A stretch of 56,268 nt of DNA, the filler included, from Squatina squatina (lineage: Eukaryota): NCBI GenBank assembly GCA_031763465.1. It is 3 parts of 3 records of this genome, joined end to end, with 100 filler letters (N's around TTAATTAATTAA, not from the genome) between each part and the next. Parts side by side here need not be neighbours in the genome. Positions count along the whole stretch, not along the records: positions 32,099 to 56,268 come from JARFOE010000115.1; 2 more parts are not named here. One strand, 5' to 3'. Below are positions 34,851-49,046 of this stretch, piece by piece (within the stretch, counting starts at the first letter, position 1; each line of letters opens with the position of its first letter). The notes beneath the pieces are model-generated. The model saw only the letters and a program-made list of their open reading frames with translations, was not told the origin of the DNA and did no database searches. The position numbers were made by a program, and so were the translations under genes.

Positions 34851-37800
34851 GAAAGTTCAGAGGGGAAGCTAAAAAGAAAATAAGTGCAAAGGGAGTATGA
34901 GAATATATTGCCAGCTAACAAGGTAANNNNNNNNNNNNNNNNNNNNNNNNNNNNNNNNNNNNNNNNNNNNNNNNNNNNNNNNNNNNNNNNNNNNNNNNNN
35001 NNNNNNNNNNNNNNNNNNNNNNNNNNCTGCACTTCAAAAGTAATCCACTTTGGAATGTCCCAGTGATATAACAAGCAGCTATATAAATGCAGAATCTTTC
35101 TTTATGGTAAATAGTGAAGCATCACTTTGTCATCAAACTTTTGCTATGTGACAATCAAAAAAATATATTATTTTCTATAGTAAATAGTCAATAGAAAAAC
35201 TCTCCCCATCAGAATTTTCACATTTTGAATTAGTTCTAATTTGTGGCCTGGAGTTGCTGGGTTCATATGGGCTGTTTTCCTCTGGTGGTTAATGCCAATG
35301 ACCCTATTATAAAACTAGTGGAATACAGTGATGAATAAACTAGTTTTGCCAGTTTCAGCACCAGTCCCTGTGTTCTACCTATTAAAGAAAGAAATAATCA
35401 ATGGCTTTTCCTGAATTTCCTGCTATTTCCTGTTAAGTCCAATTAAACTCTTGTTGGCTGCTTGCCAGTAGAAACTTGTGCTGTTTTCCATTGGTTGGAT
35501 TGCATATGACCGGGGTATATTGTGCTCACCCGCTGTGTTGTTCTTATTTTACCAACAGACTGTCAAAATGCTGAAATAGCAACAGCAGAATGAATAGTCA
35601 GCACAAGGATGCAGGCATGCAGAAAAGGGAATGTGCAAATAACAGAAATATCCAGTTTTGATGTTTATTTACCCAAGTATCTTTGGCCACAGAAAATAAT
35701 TTCTACAAGAAATTGTATTCATTAATTGTTCTTCTAGTATAATTTATAATTTGTTATGCTAAAGTGTGACTGTTCAATGTAAAGGGTAAATATTTCCAAC
35801 CCTAAAAAAACAGCAGTTTGGGCAGAAAATAGAAATAATGATACCAACAAGATTATCTAGAAGCTGGTTTGTTGCAAAATTGATTAGTGATATTCTGTCA
35901 CCACAAATTTCCCATTGTGCCTATTACCCACCATGCATGAAAAAAACAATCAGCATGAANNNNNNNNNNNNNNNNNNNNNNNNNNNNNNNNNNNNNNNNN
36001 NNNNNNNNNNNNNNNNNNNNNNNNNNNNNNNNNNNNNNNNNNNNNNNNNNNNNNNNNNNCCCCTCCCCTCCCCTCCCCTCCCTCTGGAAACTTTGATGAA
36101 CCTAGAAAATTCTCCTCTGTGCATGTATAGTGCCAAAGATTTCTTTTCATCATGGCTGATAATGAGTCCAATAAAAAGACCCATATTAATAAACAATTAT
36201 GTTTGTTAAGGTAATTGAATGGCATTTTAGCTGATATTTTATAGTGGAGTTCACACTGAATCTTTCACAGAATCATTACACTGCGGTCTATGGTCCCTTG
36301 AAATCTACTTCAGGTATGTGAAATGTGCCTTATCCCTCGGAGAGTGCTACTGGCATCAATCAAAGGAAGATTGCTTCCCTACTTCTTCACCAATATTCAA
36401 ATTTTGGATTTGCATAATCCAAATTCTGCACCCATCTAATTTGTAGTCCAACTACATCCAAATACTCAATGTCAATGAAATATGAAAGATGGCTTTGGCC
36501 TATTGCTCTTCATCCTTAAAGAAAGGTTTTACCCTCTTAAATTGGAGAAAGTTAAATATTTAATGAAACAAGGGAATTAGAATCCACTTCCGATACTAAC
36601 ATCCTGTATCTTCATTACACCAATGGGAATGCAGTACTCAGCATCATTAATCAAAAGAATGCAAATTTCTGCACTTGCTCCCTCCAGTCTACAATACACT
36701 ATGTTTCTAATTAGCTTCATTGTGCAGATTTAAACAGCAAAAGTCACTCAGCAAGAAAACATCTACCAGAAGAGAGTACTTTTCTGTAATAAACCACCAA
36801 TCAAAACGACCCTAGAGATAGACCAGGTTGAATTACAATAATAAAGGAGATCAACTGAAGCCTAAATTCAAAGAAAACAAACAGAAGTAACCTATGTGGT
36901 GCAAAGGGTGATTAATGCTAATAAACAGCAAAAATTCCATCTAACTAGGCTGTTCCAAAACATAGCTGAATGAAGCCTGTCGAGCTGTAGCAAGTATCGC
37001 CTATTAAACTGACACATTAAAAATGCTTTGAATTTAGTAAAACTCCAGATGGGCACTATGCCATCCAATAATCTCTGAGGGAAATACACTTGGAAATCAA
37101 ATTTAACAGAACCTTGCAGGATCTACATACAAACCAAGTTCCGTTAGGATCCAGTTATCTATTAAATTACTGTATTTATCACACTGAAAAGCAATTTCCA
37201 TTTCACTATCAGTTTAAAGAATCATCTACTTTCTTTGATTTATGTTATTTCAAGCAACTAGTATTTATTGAGGAGGCACTGGCAATATATTATTCTATTT
37301 AATCATTCACGTCTAGTGATAAATTATTACTAGATATATGGCCAGAGCACTTGCTTTTTTTAAGTATTAGGTGGATATCTGAACCTGTCAAGGTGGGAGA
37401 TGTCAGTTCTAGAGAATGTAACATCTTTTTATATTGATTGTTAACATCAAGCGCTCCAGGACGAGTATTATATGGGTCAGATACACAGCGTTATTGTCTC
37501 TACATTGCCGGAACCCTGCCTCAGAAGAATATCCCTGCTATACCTGCATAAAACTAGAACGTCCCACTCCAGCTGTCGTTATGGATCTTTTGGAGCATCA
37601 ATGCCAATTTAATATCAACTACTCACAAATTAAAGACAGTTTTGTTCAGCAGAATTCTATCCACTGGGGAATGGGTTGAGAAGGACCAAACAATTCATTC
37701 TGTATTCTTAACATGAGAAAAGGAGGAGAGTTTCATCCCATCAATTAGGACTTGATTCAAATCCAAGCCTAAATGNNNNNNNNNNNNNNNNNNNNNNNNN

Positions 37801-38060
37801 NNNNNNNNNNNNNNNNNNNNNNNNNNNNNNNNNNNNNNNNNNNNNNNNNNNNNNNNNNNNNNNNNNNNNNNNNNNGGAAAGCAAGTGCCAATAGTGCACC
37901 CAAAGTGACCCATGCAAATGATGTCCCCCCCCAAGACCCCTGCCCCCACTGACCCCACAAACTCTGGCGGGAGTCAGTGGGCAGGATGCAGACGCAGCTA
38001 CTGGAATGGCAGCCGCGGAATTTTTGGGACTGCAATATATAAATGGACACCAGTAACAAC

Positions 38061-38198
38061 CTTCCACCGTCCTGGTTTGAAATAATCTCCCAAATTTCCT
38101 GCCTTGCTGTTCATCAAAATAACAAGACTTTTTTTATCGAAGTTTCTCCTTCTTCTCCACAAGATTTGCAGCCAATCAAAACAGGTGGAATTTATTTC
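38061..38198 (-). CDS. Candidate exon (EINSTCFDWLQILWRRRRNFDKK...KPGRWK)
   Basis: Good acceptor tgtttgtttccag|, 138-nt open frame in phase 0; donor AAG|gttgtt is weak. Confidence 0.2.
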
Positions 38199-40914
38199 CT
38201 GGAAACAAACAACTTGTGAAAGTTCACATCTTAAAAAAACTTGAAATCTTCTAATGGTAACACACATAAAAATAGGAGTACAAGTAGGAGTTAAAAAAAA
38301 ATCCAGAAATTATATTGCAGAAACACCACGAGAGTATTTGAATACAAATCCTGTAGTATTTTTCTGCTTTTATAGATAACATGGAACCCACAATTCATTG
38401 CACTACACAAAAATATCTGTCTTCTGCTCACCTTTTCCCTTAATCTTCAAACCCAGAGAAAATTCATTAATAGAAAACATAAAGCAGATTGTCATGACAT
38501 TACTCTGGCAATCACTAGTAGATAGATTTTTGTTCAAACCCTGGTTGCTGTGAGCTCCCAGCAGTAATATAACAATGTATTTGATATGTGGAAAACAAGT
38601 TGGTCGTGCAGTAAGAAAGTGTACCCTATTAGAACATATGATTATCATGTTTCATTAGGCTTTACATTTCACACCAGGAGAGGTGTCTGCAGCTTGCTGT
38701 CTCACGAGATGTGAAACGAGCAACAAAACTATATAAATAAATAAAAAAGTATCAGCTTTGTGCACTTTTGTGAATGTCCTGGTCTTGTGATGTGCATTGC
38801 AGATGACACCTTATAGGTCCAGACCAATTTATCGATAATAACCACAAAATGAAGATAAATTATTGCTGAAAAGCACAGCGAATCTCTGCCAGAAATCAAT
38901 CACGTTTACATCACAAGTCATTAATCAAACAGCGCCTCTCCTGTCGCCCACTTTCCCAGATGCATTTATTAGCTCTTCATCATTCTNNNNNNNNNNNNNN
39001 NNNNNNNNNNNNNNNNNNNNNNNNNNNNNNNNNNNNNNNNNNNNNNNNNNNNNNNNNNNNNNNNNNNNNNNNNNNNNNNNNNNNNNACTGACCTAAGCAT
39101 TGCTTGTGTCTCCAGAACGAACCCCTTTAAGGGCTGAGGTGGCCTGACACTTGATAGCAGCTCATTAGATCCGTCCCACAATTCACCTGCTGAAATAAAC
39201 TTAGATAATCAGCGCTAAGTAAGTGCCCGTTAGCGCTGAATTTAGTACGTTTTTTAAAGCTATCTGAAATTCTTTTTTTAAGTGTCAAATTGCAGGCCTT
39301 AAAGTGAGATTTCAAAGACCTGAACTTTGCGCTCACCAATTCGTCCCTCAGCACCAGAAACTCAGGGCAATCTAATTGGCCACCCAAAGTCTCCCTTGGA
39401 AGCCTGATGCAATGTAAATTATTACAAAACCCAAACAAACGCTGATTTAGAATGCCAATGTGTTTCAGGTAGCCATGATTTTCTATTACGTATCAGTGCT
39501 TTAAATCTAATGGTGTTGATTTTGATTGTCATCAGGATACGGTTTTATATAGCAGGTTTAAAATAGTCAAAAATTCTCTACTATATGCACAACAATCACA
39601 CCTGCAGGACAAATAGGCTCACTATTGATTTGGCTTTGCTCTCTCACTGAAATGAACAACATTCTGTTAATCTACCTGGAGAACACGTCTGCATTACAAA
39701 TGTAAAGATTCAGTACAGCTAGACACAGCAAAACTCTGAAATATCGTGTAACAGGTGCACTGCATACAATCACAGAGATTGTGGAATAATTATTTAGAAT
39801 TCATTTTTCAAGCCAAGGAACAAACATTGTCCCTGTGCAAATTTATTGAGCTATTGTCAGCAATTTTCTTGCTTTTATAATGCAACATCTCTACTTTACA
39901 AATGACAAACCAAAAGATACCATGTTTCTGGTTTTACATCCTTCCAAGTGACAGGATAATGCATGGAAAACATTTTCCTTCAATACGAATTCATTTCAAG
40001 GCAGTTTTCTGTTGATGGCTGTTAGNNNNNNNNNNATTTCTCTTCCATTTTCATGTTCAAAGCAGCATCATGGGATTTTGAAAAAAAAATGGTTAATTTT
40101 GCTTATTTCAGAGAGGTTTTGTGGAGAAAGGAGATCAAAAGAAAAAGAGGTGCAAAACTCATCCCTCTTCCACCACCCCATCTCCACATTCATTGACATA
40201 AAAGATGCTGCTGCACCTTTGACATTGCACTGGGGCAGTGCTTTTCAATACTGATGCACTGACCCATGGAAAGGCGTGGGGCGGGGGGAGGGGGGGGGGG
40301 AGGAGAGGGCNNNNNNNNNNNNNNNNNNNNNNNNNNNNNNNNNNNNNNNNNNNNNNNNNNNNNNNNNNNNNNNNNNNNNNNNNNNNNNNNNNNNNNNNNN
40401 NNNNNNNNNNTTTTCTTTGCTTCCTATTCCCTTTAGTATTCATCGTCTTCAAGGAACTATCTATCTCCCTTTTAAAAGATTTTTTGTACTCTGCTCCAAC
40501 AATGGTTTAATTATTTTTGTGAGCTCTCATTACTGTCTTGCTGACCAGTGGAAACAATCTCACATGATTTACCCTTTCGTAACCCTTCAGAACGTTGTGG
40601 ATCGCTATTAGATCACTCCTTAATCTTCTCAACTCCAGTGAAAACCATAAACATTCTCCCTATTCTAGTCTATTTTTGGATAATTAAAATCTCCTACAAT
40701 CATAATTTATTGCTAATAAAGATCTTTCTAATTTGTTGACAAATCTTCTCCACAATTTCCTTTCCATTGTTTTGTGATCTACAATATATTCACAATATAT
40801 CCCCTGCTATTGTTCAGTTCAATGTAAAGGAATTCTGTTTGGGCTACATTTCTGTTTAAATTCTTATATTCTAGACTATGATATTGTCTCTAAATAATAC
40901 ACAAGGGCACTTGT

Positions 40915-41050
40915 CACAGGAGCAGGAGTAGGTCATGTGGCCTCTTGAGCCTGCTCCACCATTCAATAAGATCATGGCTGAACTTGTAAATCCACATTCC
41001 CGCCCTATCCCCATATTGCTTGATTCCCTGAGTGCCCAAACTTCTATCCC
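40915..41050 (-). mobile_element. CR1 LINE 3' end
   Basis: Reverse complement of the tail at 25900-26050. Confidence 0.75.
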
Positions 41051-41453
41051 CCTTTCTTCCTTCCATACCCCTCCTGAAAGTTTTATACCCAAGAATATTT
41101 GACTGCCAAATCCTGACTTAGCGGTCATGCTTTGGTTACTGCTATTACATCATGATTTTCTATTTTAATCCTGGACTCTAGTTCCCCAATTTAGCTTCTT
41201 ATACTCTGCATATATACATACATTTGTGCCTCACCATATCATGTGACACTTACATTGTATAAATTGTGTTATTTAATCAGATATTCCATTACTGGAAAAG
41301 CTTGTGAAAATCAGCTGACCTAAGCCCCCAAAGCTGCTCATATTTTGCTCTATTCTTTTCTATGCTCCTAATATGAAACACATTCATTAATTCTAGTACA
41401 TTTTTGAATATCAAGTGAGACCCCTGGAATTACAGCAAATCTATCCTGCCTAC

Positions 41454-41606
41454 CTCTTTGTTCCGAATGATTTGCAGAAATCTTGTCCTCGTCTCCTTCA
41501 CGCAAAATCCAAAAACATTTCTTTGAATGTGGGAATCGTCTCCCTTGATTAAGTCATCAGCGGGAATCCATTTATGTAATGAATCTGGGGAATAATCAAC
41601 ATTAAT
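41454..41606 (-). CDS. Candidate exon (INVDYSPDSLHKWIPADDLIKGDDSHIQRNVFGFCVKETRTRFLQIIRNKE)
   Basis: 153-nt open frame, acceptor ttttattttgtggggtag| (alternative ttccccag| at 41585), donor GAG|gtaggc; phase 0, compatible with 47512-47588. Confidence 0.35.
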
Positions 41607-42173
41607 CTACCCCACAAAATAAAATGTTGATCATTCCTAAAATTAATTATATAACCTCTCAGTGGACGCAATAAAATATGCTGGAGGCCCAGTGATTGAG
41701 AAGATGGTAATCACTACAACTTGTTCTCATTAGACTCAGCATTTACTGTGACAATATGTCACATCTGTGCTTAACATTGACAAATGCCATTTCTGATACA
41801 CACAGGTCAAGGCTTATTACCAGTGCTGTGATCAATGTCTGACAAAGTGACTAAAGAACCAAAACTAGACATGACATGTATGAATATGGATGATCAAAGC
41901 CCCTTGTTTACTTCTTTTCAGCACTTGAGGGGCTGAGAATAGAGCTTGTGAAAAAAAATGGGACAACAATATTGGCAAACAATGAGAGACATTTAAAACA
42001 GTGTTCAACAGAGTCCAGGAAAAATATATTCCACTTAAACACACAAACAAACTAAACACCATGAATGAGACACCATGAATGAATAAAGACGTATGGGAAA
42101 AATGAGCGCAAGGAAAGAAGCAAACATTAAGTACATGGGCAGGAGGGGAGAGCATGACAAAGGAGAATACAAA

Positions 42174-42510
42174 GGGTGCCCAATTCGTGGTTTTATTTAA
42201 GCATTAAAATGGCGTTAAATGGACGCAAAGTGCTTAACGCCAACTTATAGTGTTAAGCTTTTTAGCGCGAAATTTGTCTACCCATTAATGCCGGCGCTAA
42301 ATGGGCCTTAACAGGTTTAGGCCACAATCGCAAGTTTTAGTGTTAGAGAGTCCCAATGACGTCATCAGTGGGTGCAATGCCCAAATAAGACTAACGCCCT
42401 AGAATTGGATAAAGCTACAAGGTCTTAACTTTAGCATTACCAATGCCCCGTTTTGGGCGTTGACACACCTCTACTCTGAACGTTTAGCGTTGTAGAAAGC
42501 TCTGGAACCA
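42174..42510. mobile_element. DNA-transposon-like fragment with repeated TAACGC/TAGCGC motifs, abutting a CR1 fragment
   Basis: Abrupt switch to CpG-rich sequence with recurring gcgttaa/ttaacgc/tagcgc; similar motifs at 39200-39380. Confidence 0.4.
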
Positions 42511-42736
42511 GGTGTCTCCTGGCTCCATTTCAATAAAATCATGTGTCTTTTCACTTTTTAAAACCTCACTCTGAATCACTGCTGACTTCTCTTTGGTTTC
42601 ATCTGAGCTTTCACTATCTTAAAGATTTCTGCCCCANNNNNNNNNNNNNNNNNNNNNNNNNNNNNNNNNNNNNNNNNNNNNNNNNNNNNNNNNNNNNNNN
42701 NNNNNNNNNNNNNNNNNNNNNNNNNNNNNNNNNNNN

Positions 42737-43190
42737 AGTCTCCTGTGTGGTACATTATCAAATGCTTTCTGGAAGTCTAAGTAGACAATGGCTACTGGAC
42801 TTTCCTCATCCACCAACTTTGTAACTACTTCAAAAAATACAATTAGATTTGTAAGACATGATCTCCTTTTATGAAGTCATGTTGGGTGTCCCTAATATGT
42901 CCTTTCCTATACAAACATTCATATATTGCATCCCTAATGATTCCCTCAAGCAACTTACCTATTACCAATGTTAAACTAATGGGCCTATAGTTGCCTGGGT
43001 CTGTCTTGTCACCTTTTTTAAAGATGGGGACTAGCTTTGCCTCCTTCCAGTCTACGGGAACCATTTCATAGTGCAGTGAACTGTTAAAAATATAGGCTCG
43101 GGGTTTGCACAGCTTTTGTCCCATCTTCCTGAGGGCCTCGGGTGGATGTCACCCAGCCAGGCTGCTCTATCTATTTTCAAGTTCTTAATT
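42737..43190 (-). mobile_element. CR1 LINE reverse transcriptase fragment
   Basis: DWKEAKLVPIFKKGDKTDPGNYRPISLT and VYLDFQKAFDNVPH. Confidence 0.9.
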
Positions 43191-46100
43191 CTTTCGAAAA
43201 CAAAGGCTGAAATTTTCACCTTTGCGTCGGATTGGGTGTGTTTAGGTAACTCCNNNNNNNNNNNNNNNNNNNNNNNNNNNNNNNNNNNNNNNNNNNNNNN
43301 NNNNNNNNNNNNNNNNNNNNNNNNNNNNNNNNNNNNNNNNNNNNNNNNNNNNNAGATGATTCGGGAAAATCATTTTAAAATTTTGCAGTCTAGGCTAAAA
43401 GTTGCCTACAACAGATAAAGTAACTGCCAGCCCTGATCTCTTTTTAATGCTTACTTGTGGGTTCCAGAATGAAGATTAAAATGAGTGGTTGGAAGCTGCT
43501 CATGTGACTGTGGTCTTGGTGGCACATGCTGCCATCTGTTTTTTAAATCATTTAAAATCTTCTACTTCATCCTCAACAGCCACATTTTATAACTGGCCCT
43601 TTTCATTCCAAAATCAGTAAGACTGAAAACAGTGGATCAATTAAGGTTGTGTTAAGAATCACAGGATTTGGACTGTAAGAGAGGATTTGAACTTCAGTTT
43701 TTTGTTTTAAAGTCAACAGTAAATGATAACACACAAAGCTGCACCTTATACATTTCATCAATTAGTAGAAATAGGAATATTGGACTGGAAGTCTTACACA
43801 TAAAACCATGTTCTTTAATCTTTTAATTTCACAAATGCAAAATATTCCTGATATCTATATATGTTTACATTTGAGTGACAGATATACAGTGCGATAAAAC
43901 TTGTGACATTTTGTGCCCGAGAATAATAAATTGCTTGAAGATGAAAGAAGCTGGCTTGAAGGCATGAAACTATTCAAGAGCTAATATTAAAAAGCACGTA
44001 CAACAATTTTAACCTTTTCAAAGGCACAAGCCTATATTTTGGTTTGAAGAAACTGCATCTTAGATGACATTAACTTTTATATAGAATTTACAGCCATTTA
44101 TACAACATTCGATCTTAACACAAAAATATCTGCTGCACCAACAGCTTCAGCGCAAACTCATCAGGCTGGAAAATTGGTTTGAGAGCAAGAAGTACAGTGG
44201 AAGAACTGAAAGCTCACTCATCAGTTCAGTAAGTGTCTATTCTTGTCCAGTTAAGTAATGCTGTTGAGGAGAGAATTGCCACCAGGACTTGTTAGACTGT
44301 TGAGCTCCTGTATCTTCCAATAGAATTTGATATCTGGACAATCACTTGCTGTCACAGATTTGATTAATGGTGCTTAGGTAAGCAAACCAGCTGGTGTCAG
44401 AAGTTGTTCATTGCTTCTGGTCTTCCTTCATAAAGAGGTGACCTTTGCTTTCAATTTCACTTTTGCTTAATGCTGGAGATTCATTATACCTGTGAGAGCA
44501 CTGAGAGCAACAAAAGTCTCAATCTAAGGCTTTGGAGGGAAAATATGGTCNNNNNNNNNNNNNNNNNNNNNNNNNNNNNNNNNNNNNNNNNNNNNNNNNN
44601 NNNNNNNNNNNNNNNNNNNNNNNNNNNNNNNNNNNNNNNNNNNNNNNNNNAAGTTATTTCCTCATTCTAATTTGAATTTTTTTTTATAGAAAAGCAATTC
44701 AGTTTTCAACAAACATTATTTAACAGCTATACTGCAGTTGCCCACACAATTTCAGTTTTTTCTCCTGACGAAAGGCAGGTAATTTGAGGGAGATATAAAA
44801 CAACAACAACAAGTGGTGGGCTAAACCATCTTGTGCGTGAGCAGAAGAATTCATAGCCAAAAATGAGCAACAGACTATCACATGGTTTGGAAAGTTCAGG
44901 GAATTAGATTACCATAAATCCGATATTAGTTTGCTGCATTTAACTTCCCCAAAAGAATAAGTAGGATGGAGTTTTTATTTAAAAGCAAGGTTGTAGCTAG
45001 CAGTGTGAATTCTCATCAAAAGCATCTTATAAACAGTGCAAAACCAGCCCAAAATAATAACTAACCTTTATTGTGCAGGACCGGATAAGTAAAATTTAGT
45101 AATAATAAAATAGAAGAACTAGCTTTGACAAAACTGTCTGTCCAATGTTAATTGTCAACACAAACAGCATAGTAGTAAATTGATATGAATGAAACAAATC
45201 AAATAGGACAATTGAACAATCTCTGTTTTACATCAGTTTATCACAAGCCTCATAATTCATTAAATGATATTTCTTCCTCCTGTGCAATGCAGACTTCAAG
45301 CAGCAAAAACCTAATGGAATCCATTTTTATTCAATTATTTTGTTGTCATATTTTACACTACAAAAGCTCAGTCGTTTTGTTTGTGTCTAAGTGGCATCAC
45401 ATATCTAAAAGCATACTGATAAAAGGAGGGAAACATGAAGTGTGAGCTGAATTCTGTGGTATTTAATTGCTGTTGCATGACATTAACACTTAAAATATGC
45501 TCTTCTGTCATAACTTATTGCTCACAACTCAAACAGCACAGTGAACTTGGACTGGAATTATCTATATCGTTCAATGTCAGGCTGCAGACAAAGGACATCA
45601 CACAAAAAATATTCCTTTTACTGGAAGAAAGACCAGATAGCCAGATAGCGATTATTTAGTTTGTTGGGGTTAAGGGTTACTCAGTGGAAGATTGAAAGAT
45701 AATTGCAATATTCTCAAATAAAGCTATATTGGCACAGTTTTTGTCCATTTAGGTTTTTAATTTAGTTTCCACTTGTCAGTGCCAGTGTGGCTGGGGTGAA
45801 ATGGCTAACTGGGGGCTTTGAGTTGGGCAGAGATTGGTTTGTTGGATCTTCATCCATTGATCCTTAGGGCAGCTTTCTCCTAGCCTAAATTGCTTTTCTA
45901 CAAAATGTGCAGGAGTTTCATTTTAATAGTAAAATTAAACCAGCCAAACTTCCTCTCAGGATCCCCCCTGCCCTAGCCCTGACCTCACATCCTTCTCCAG
46001 ATTCTCTCCAATCTCCCCTCATGACCTTTCTGAGCTCATCCTGTCCATGAGACCCACTTCCTACTCCCTTGNNNNNNNNNNNNNNNNNNNNNNNNNNNNN

Positions 46101-46480
46101 NNNNNNNNNNNNNNNNNNNNNNNNNNNNNNNNNNNNNNNNNNNNNNNNNNNNNNNNNNNNNNNNNNNNNNNCTCAAAACATTTTGTCATTTGTAAATAAG
46201 CTACATCATCTCACAAGAAAGCCTTAGAGAGCAACCTCACATTTGTAAATATGATCTATCTCAAGGAAGCCCAATCATTTCATTTTCATGCAGAATCAGG
46301 ATCACATGCAAGTTGAAATTAATGTTCTCATTAATCTGTATTCATCTCAAGCTACTGATAAACTTGATGTCCTGGTTTAGAAATTATCAACCAATGAGAT
46401 AATCAACACCAGGAACATCCCTTTCAAAACTCCAGGCCCATAAAATTCAAACAAGATAAATTAGGCAAATTAGAAATACC

Positions 46481-46617
46481 AACTGGGAATTTCCTCAGAG
46501 CTGCTCCCGCTCTGCTGCTGTAACTTCACCAGAAGTGTGGCTGAAATGGTTTCTCCATCACACTTCCAGTGAAGTTATGGTGGTGGAGCAGGTGCAGGTC
46601 CAAGGAAATTCGCGGCC
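46481..46617. mobile_element. Short palindromic (fold-back) MITE
   Basis: The left ~58 nt is the imperfect reverse complement of the right ~58 nt (gaatttcct...taacttcac..gaagtgtg). Confidence 0.7.
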
Positions 46618-46649
46618 AGAAATGTAAATAGTGCTTAATAGTGAGACAG

Positions 46650-47081
46650 GTGTTAGCCGTGACTCCGAGTCATAAGGTCATGGGTTAAAGTCCCACTCCA
46701 GAGACTTGAACACAAAATCTAGGCTTTCACTTCTGTGCAGTACTGAGGGAGTGCTGTACTGTCGGGGGTGCTGTCTTTCAGATGAGGTATTAAATCAAGG
46801 CCCCATCTGCCCTCTCAGGCGGACGTAAAAGATCCGAAGGCACTATTTGAAGAAGAGCAGGGGTGTTCTCCTTGATGTCCTGGCCAATATTTATCCCTCA
46901 ACCAACATCACTAAAACAGATTTTCTGGTCATTATCTCATTGCTGTGTTCAAATTGGCCAGCGCGTTTCCTATATAACAACAGTGATTACACTTCAAAAG
47001 TATTTCAATGGCTGTAAAGCACTTTGGGACGTCCTGAGGTTGTGAAATATAAATGCTAGTCCTTCTTTCTTTCTTTCTTTC
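46650..47081 (+). mobile_element. SacSINE1-like Deu-domain SINE (near full length, head partly deleted)
   Basis: tRNA-like head remnant, Deu core (gtctttcagatgag...gacgtaaaagatcc...gtcctggccaatatttatccctcaa) and tail ending tataaatgc...(cttt)n. Confidence 0.8.
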
Positions 47082-47511
47082 ATTGCCTAGCTTTAAGAGC
47101 CAAATTCGTGCAGGGCTGGGGGACCCTGCAGTTGCAGTTTTCACACTCCTGCTCTATCCGATAGTGTCAACACTGCACAAGTATGACAAAGTTTTTTCTG
47201 GAATTCTTTTCAAAGTTAAATCATTTTATATTAAAACAAACCACAGCAGATAGTCTAGAGGAGACAATGAAAATGCCATGAAGCAGATTCCTCAAGCTGT
47301 TCTAACAACACAGTTAACCCACAAACCTTCCCCAAGGTGGTTTTAGGCATGAAATTCATTCTGTACCACTGAGGTCTGATAGTTTAGAAAAATATTCCTA
47401 AATGGGACAGTCGTTAAAGAGTACAATCACTTTCACTTACTATCTGCAGTTGCTGAGAAGTGCTAAAAGCATGTCACTTTCCAGCTGGAATGAACAAAGA
47501 CATGGACCCAC

Positions 47512-47588
47512 CTGGGGTAACATTCGGTTTTCTTCCTCCAGCTGTTTCACTCTGGTCTCCAGTTGTTTGACATAGGTAAGTGCTGGCT
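47512..47588 (-). CDS. Candidate coding exon of an unidentified minus-strand gene (coiled coil xPALTYVKQLETRVKQLEEENRMLPQ)
   Basis: Minus-strand acceptor tttactctttgtttcag|, donor CAG|gtgggt, open frame with a clear heptad pattern. Confidence 0.6.
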
Positions 47589-49046
47589 CTGAAACAAAGA
47601 GTAAACGGTCACATTTCATTCGTTCAGTGGAGCACTCAGATGACAACCATTTCCTTTCAGCATCTTCCAAAGAAATTTAAATTCCAAGATCACACAGCAT
47701 TAATAAGCACCTGATCATGATCAAGGCAGCTGATGTCACTGGAGATCACATCAATCTTTAAATACTTTAAAATCAACAGAACTAATGACTGCGCTGAATC
47801 TCACAGTATTTTCAGAGTTCAGATACAATGTTGGATTTTTAAACCTTTATTGTAGCCCTGGCAACCCAAAAGGCATGTGCTGAAGAAGGAAAAATGTCAA
47901 ATTCAACTAAGAATATCATTCATGAAAATTACTAAATAAGTGTCCCAGATCCTTCAACAATGCCTGAGCAAAATTACATGACATGCATAAATCTTTGATC
48001 TTCACGTTTAGCGCTCAAAATAACTTCCTCATTCGATTAGTTGTATCGCTGTGCTTAACTGAAAACTAGATTTGTATGCATAGATTTTTGATAAGCTATT
48101 TTTCAAGCCGGTACAGGTATTAACTGGCTATAGTCANNNNNNNNNNNNNNNNNNNNNNNNNNNNNNNNNNNNNNNNNNNNNNNNNNNNNNNNNNNNNNNN
48201 NNNNNNNNNNNNNNNNNNNNNNNNNNNNNNNNNNNNCAGTTGGGAGCCTGATTTAAAAGTAATCACGTTGCATTAACATGAACAGGCATAACTCTTGGAG
48301 CTAATTCTTTTGGCAAAGCTGTAAGATGCAGAGGTGAGTGATTTGCAATGCTAATAAACACAGACTACAAATTTCTCTTGTGACATATTACAATAATGAA
48401 AGTAATTAGAACATTGATTAACATGGCATCAAATTGTTCACTGGCACAAACTCTGACCAGCGTGGAGAGGCTGTGAAAACAATAACTACATCTATTTTTC
48501 ATTAGAACTATATATTTGTACAACTAAGCAACAACTTTTATTTATAATAACAACTTTGACACACCAAAATATTGCAAGGTACTTCACAGTTGGGAGTGTG
48601 ACCCAAGACAGATGACATTCAGAAAGAAGATCAAATGTGTGTTTGAAGCAGATTTTAAGGGAGCTTTTGAAGGCGGCAAAGGATGTAGTAAGGAGGAGGG
48701 ATATAAGCAAGAGTTACAGTGAGTCGGAAGAAAGTGACAGAAGGCTCTGCTACCGATAACAGGGGATGCTTTGCATACCACAATTGAAGAAGCAGAGGAT
48801 GTGAGATGGAACACAGGGCTGGAGAAGATTGGAGAGATAAAGTGTGTTGAAGACAGGGACAAGAATTTTGAAGTCCTTGCACTGAGGGAAGGGGAGCAAG
48901 TAGAGGTTGGCAGGGGCAGCAGTGATAGGTGAGTAGGACTTTGTGTNNNNNNNNNNNNNNNNNNNNNNNNNNNNNNNNNNNNNNNNNNNNNNNNNNNNNN
49001 NNNNNNNNNNNNNNNNNNNNNNNNNNNNNNNNNNNNNNNNNNNNNN

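Noticed and set aside
44146-44234. Plus-strand exon candidate ending TTCA|gtaagt
   Set aside because: Poor polypyrimidine tract, unrecognisable peptide, no partner exons.
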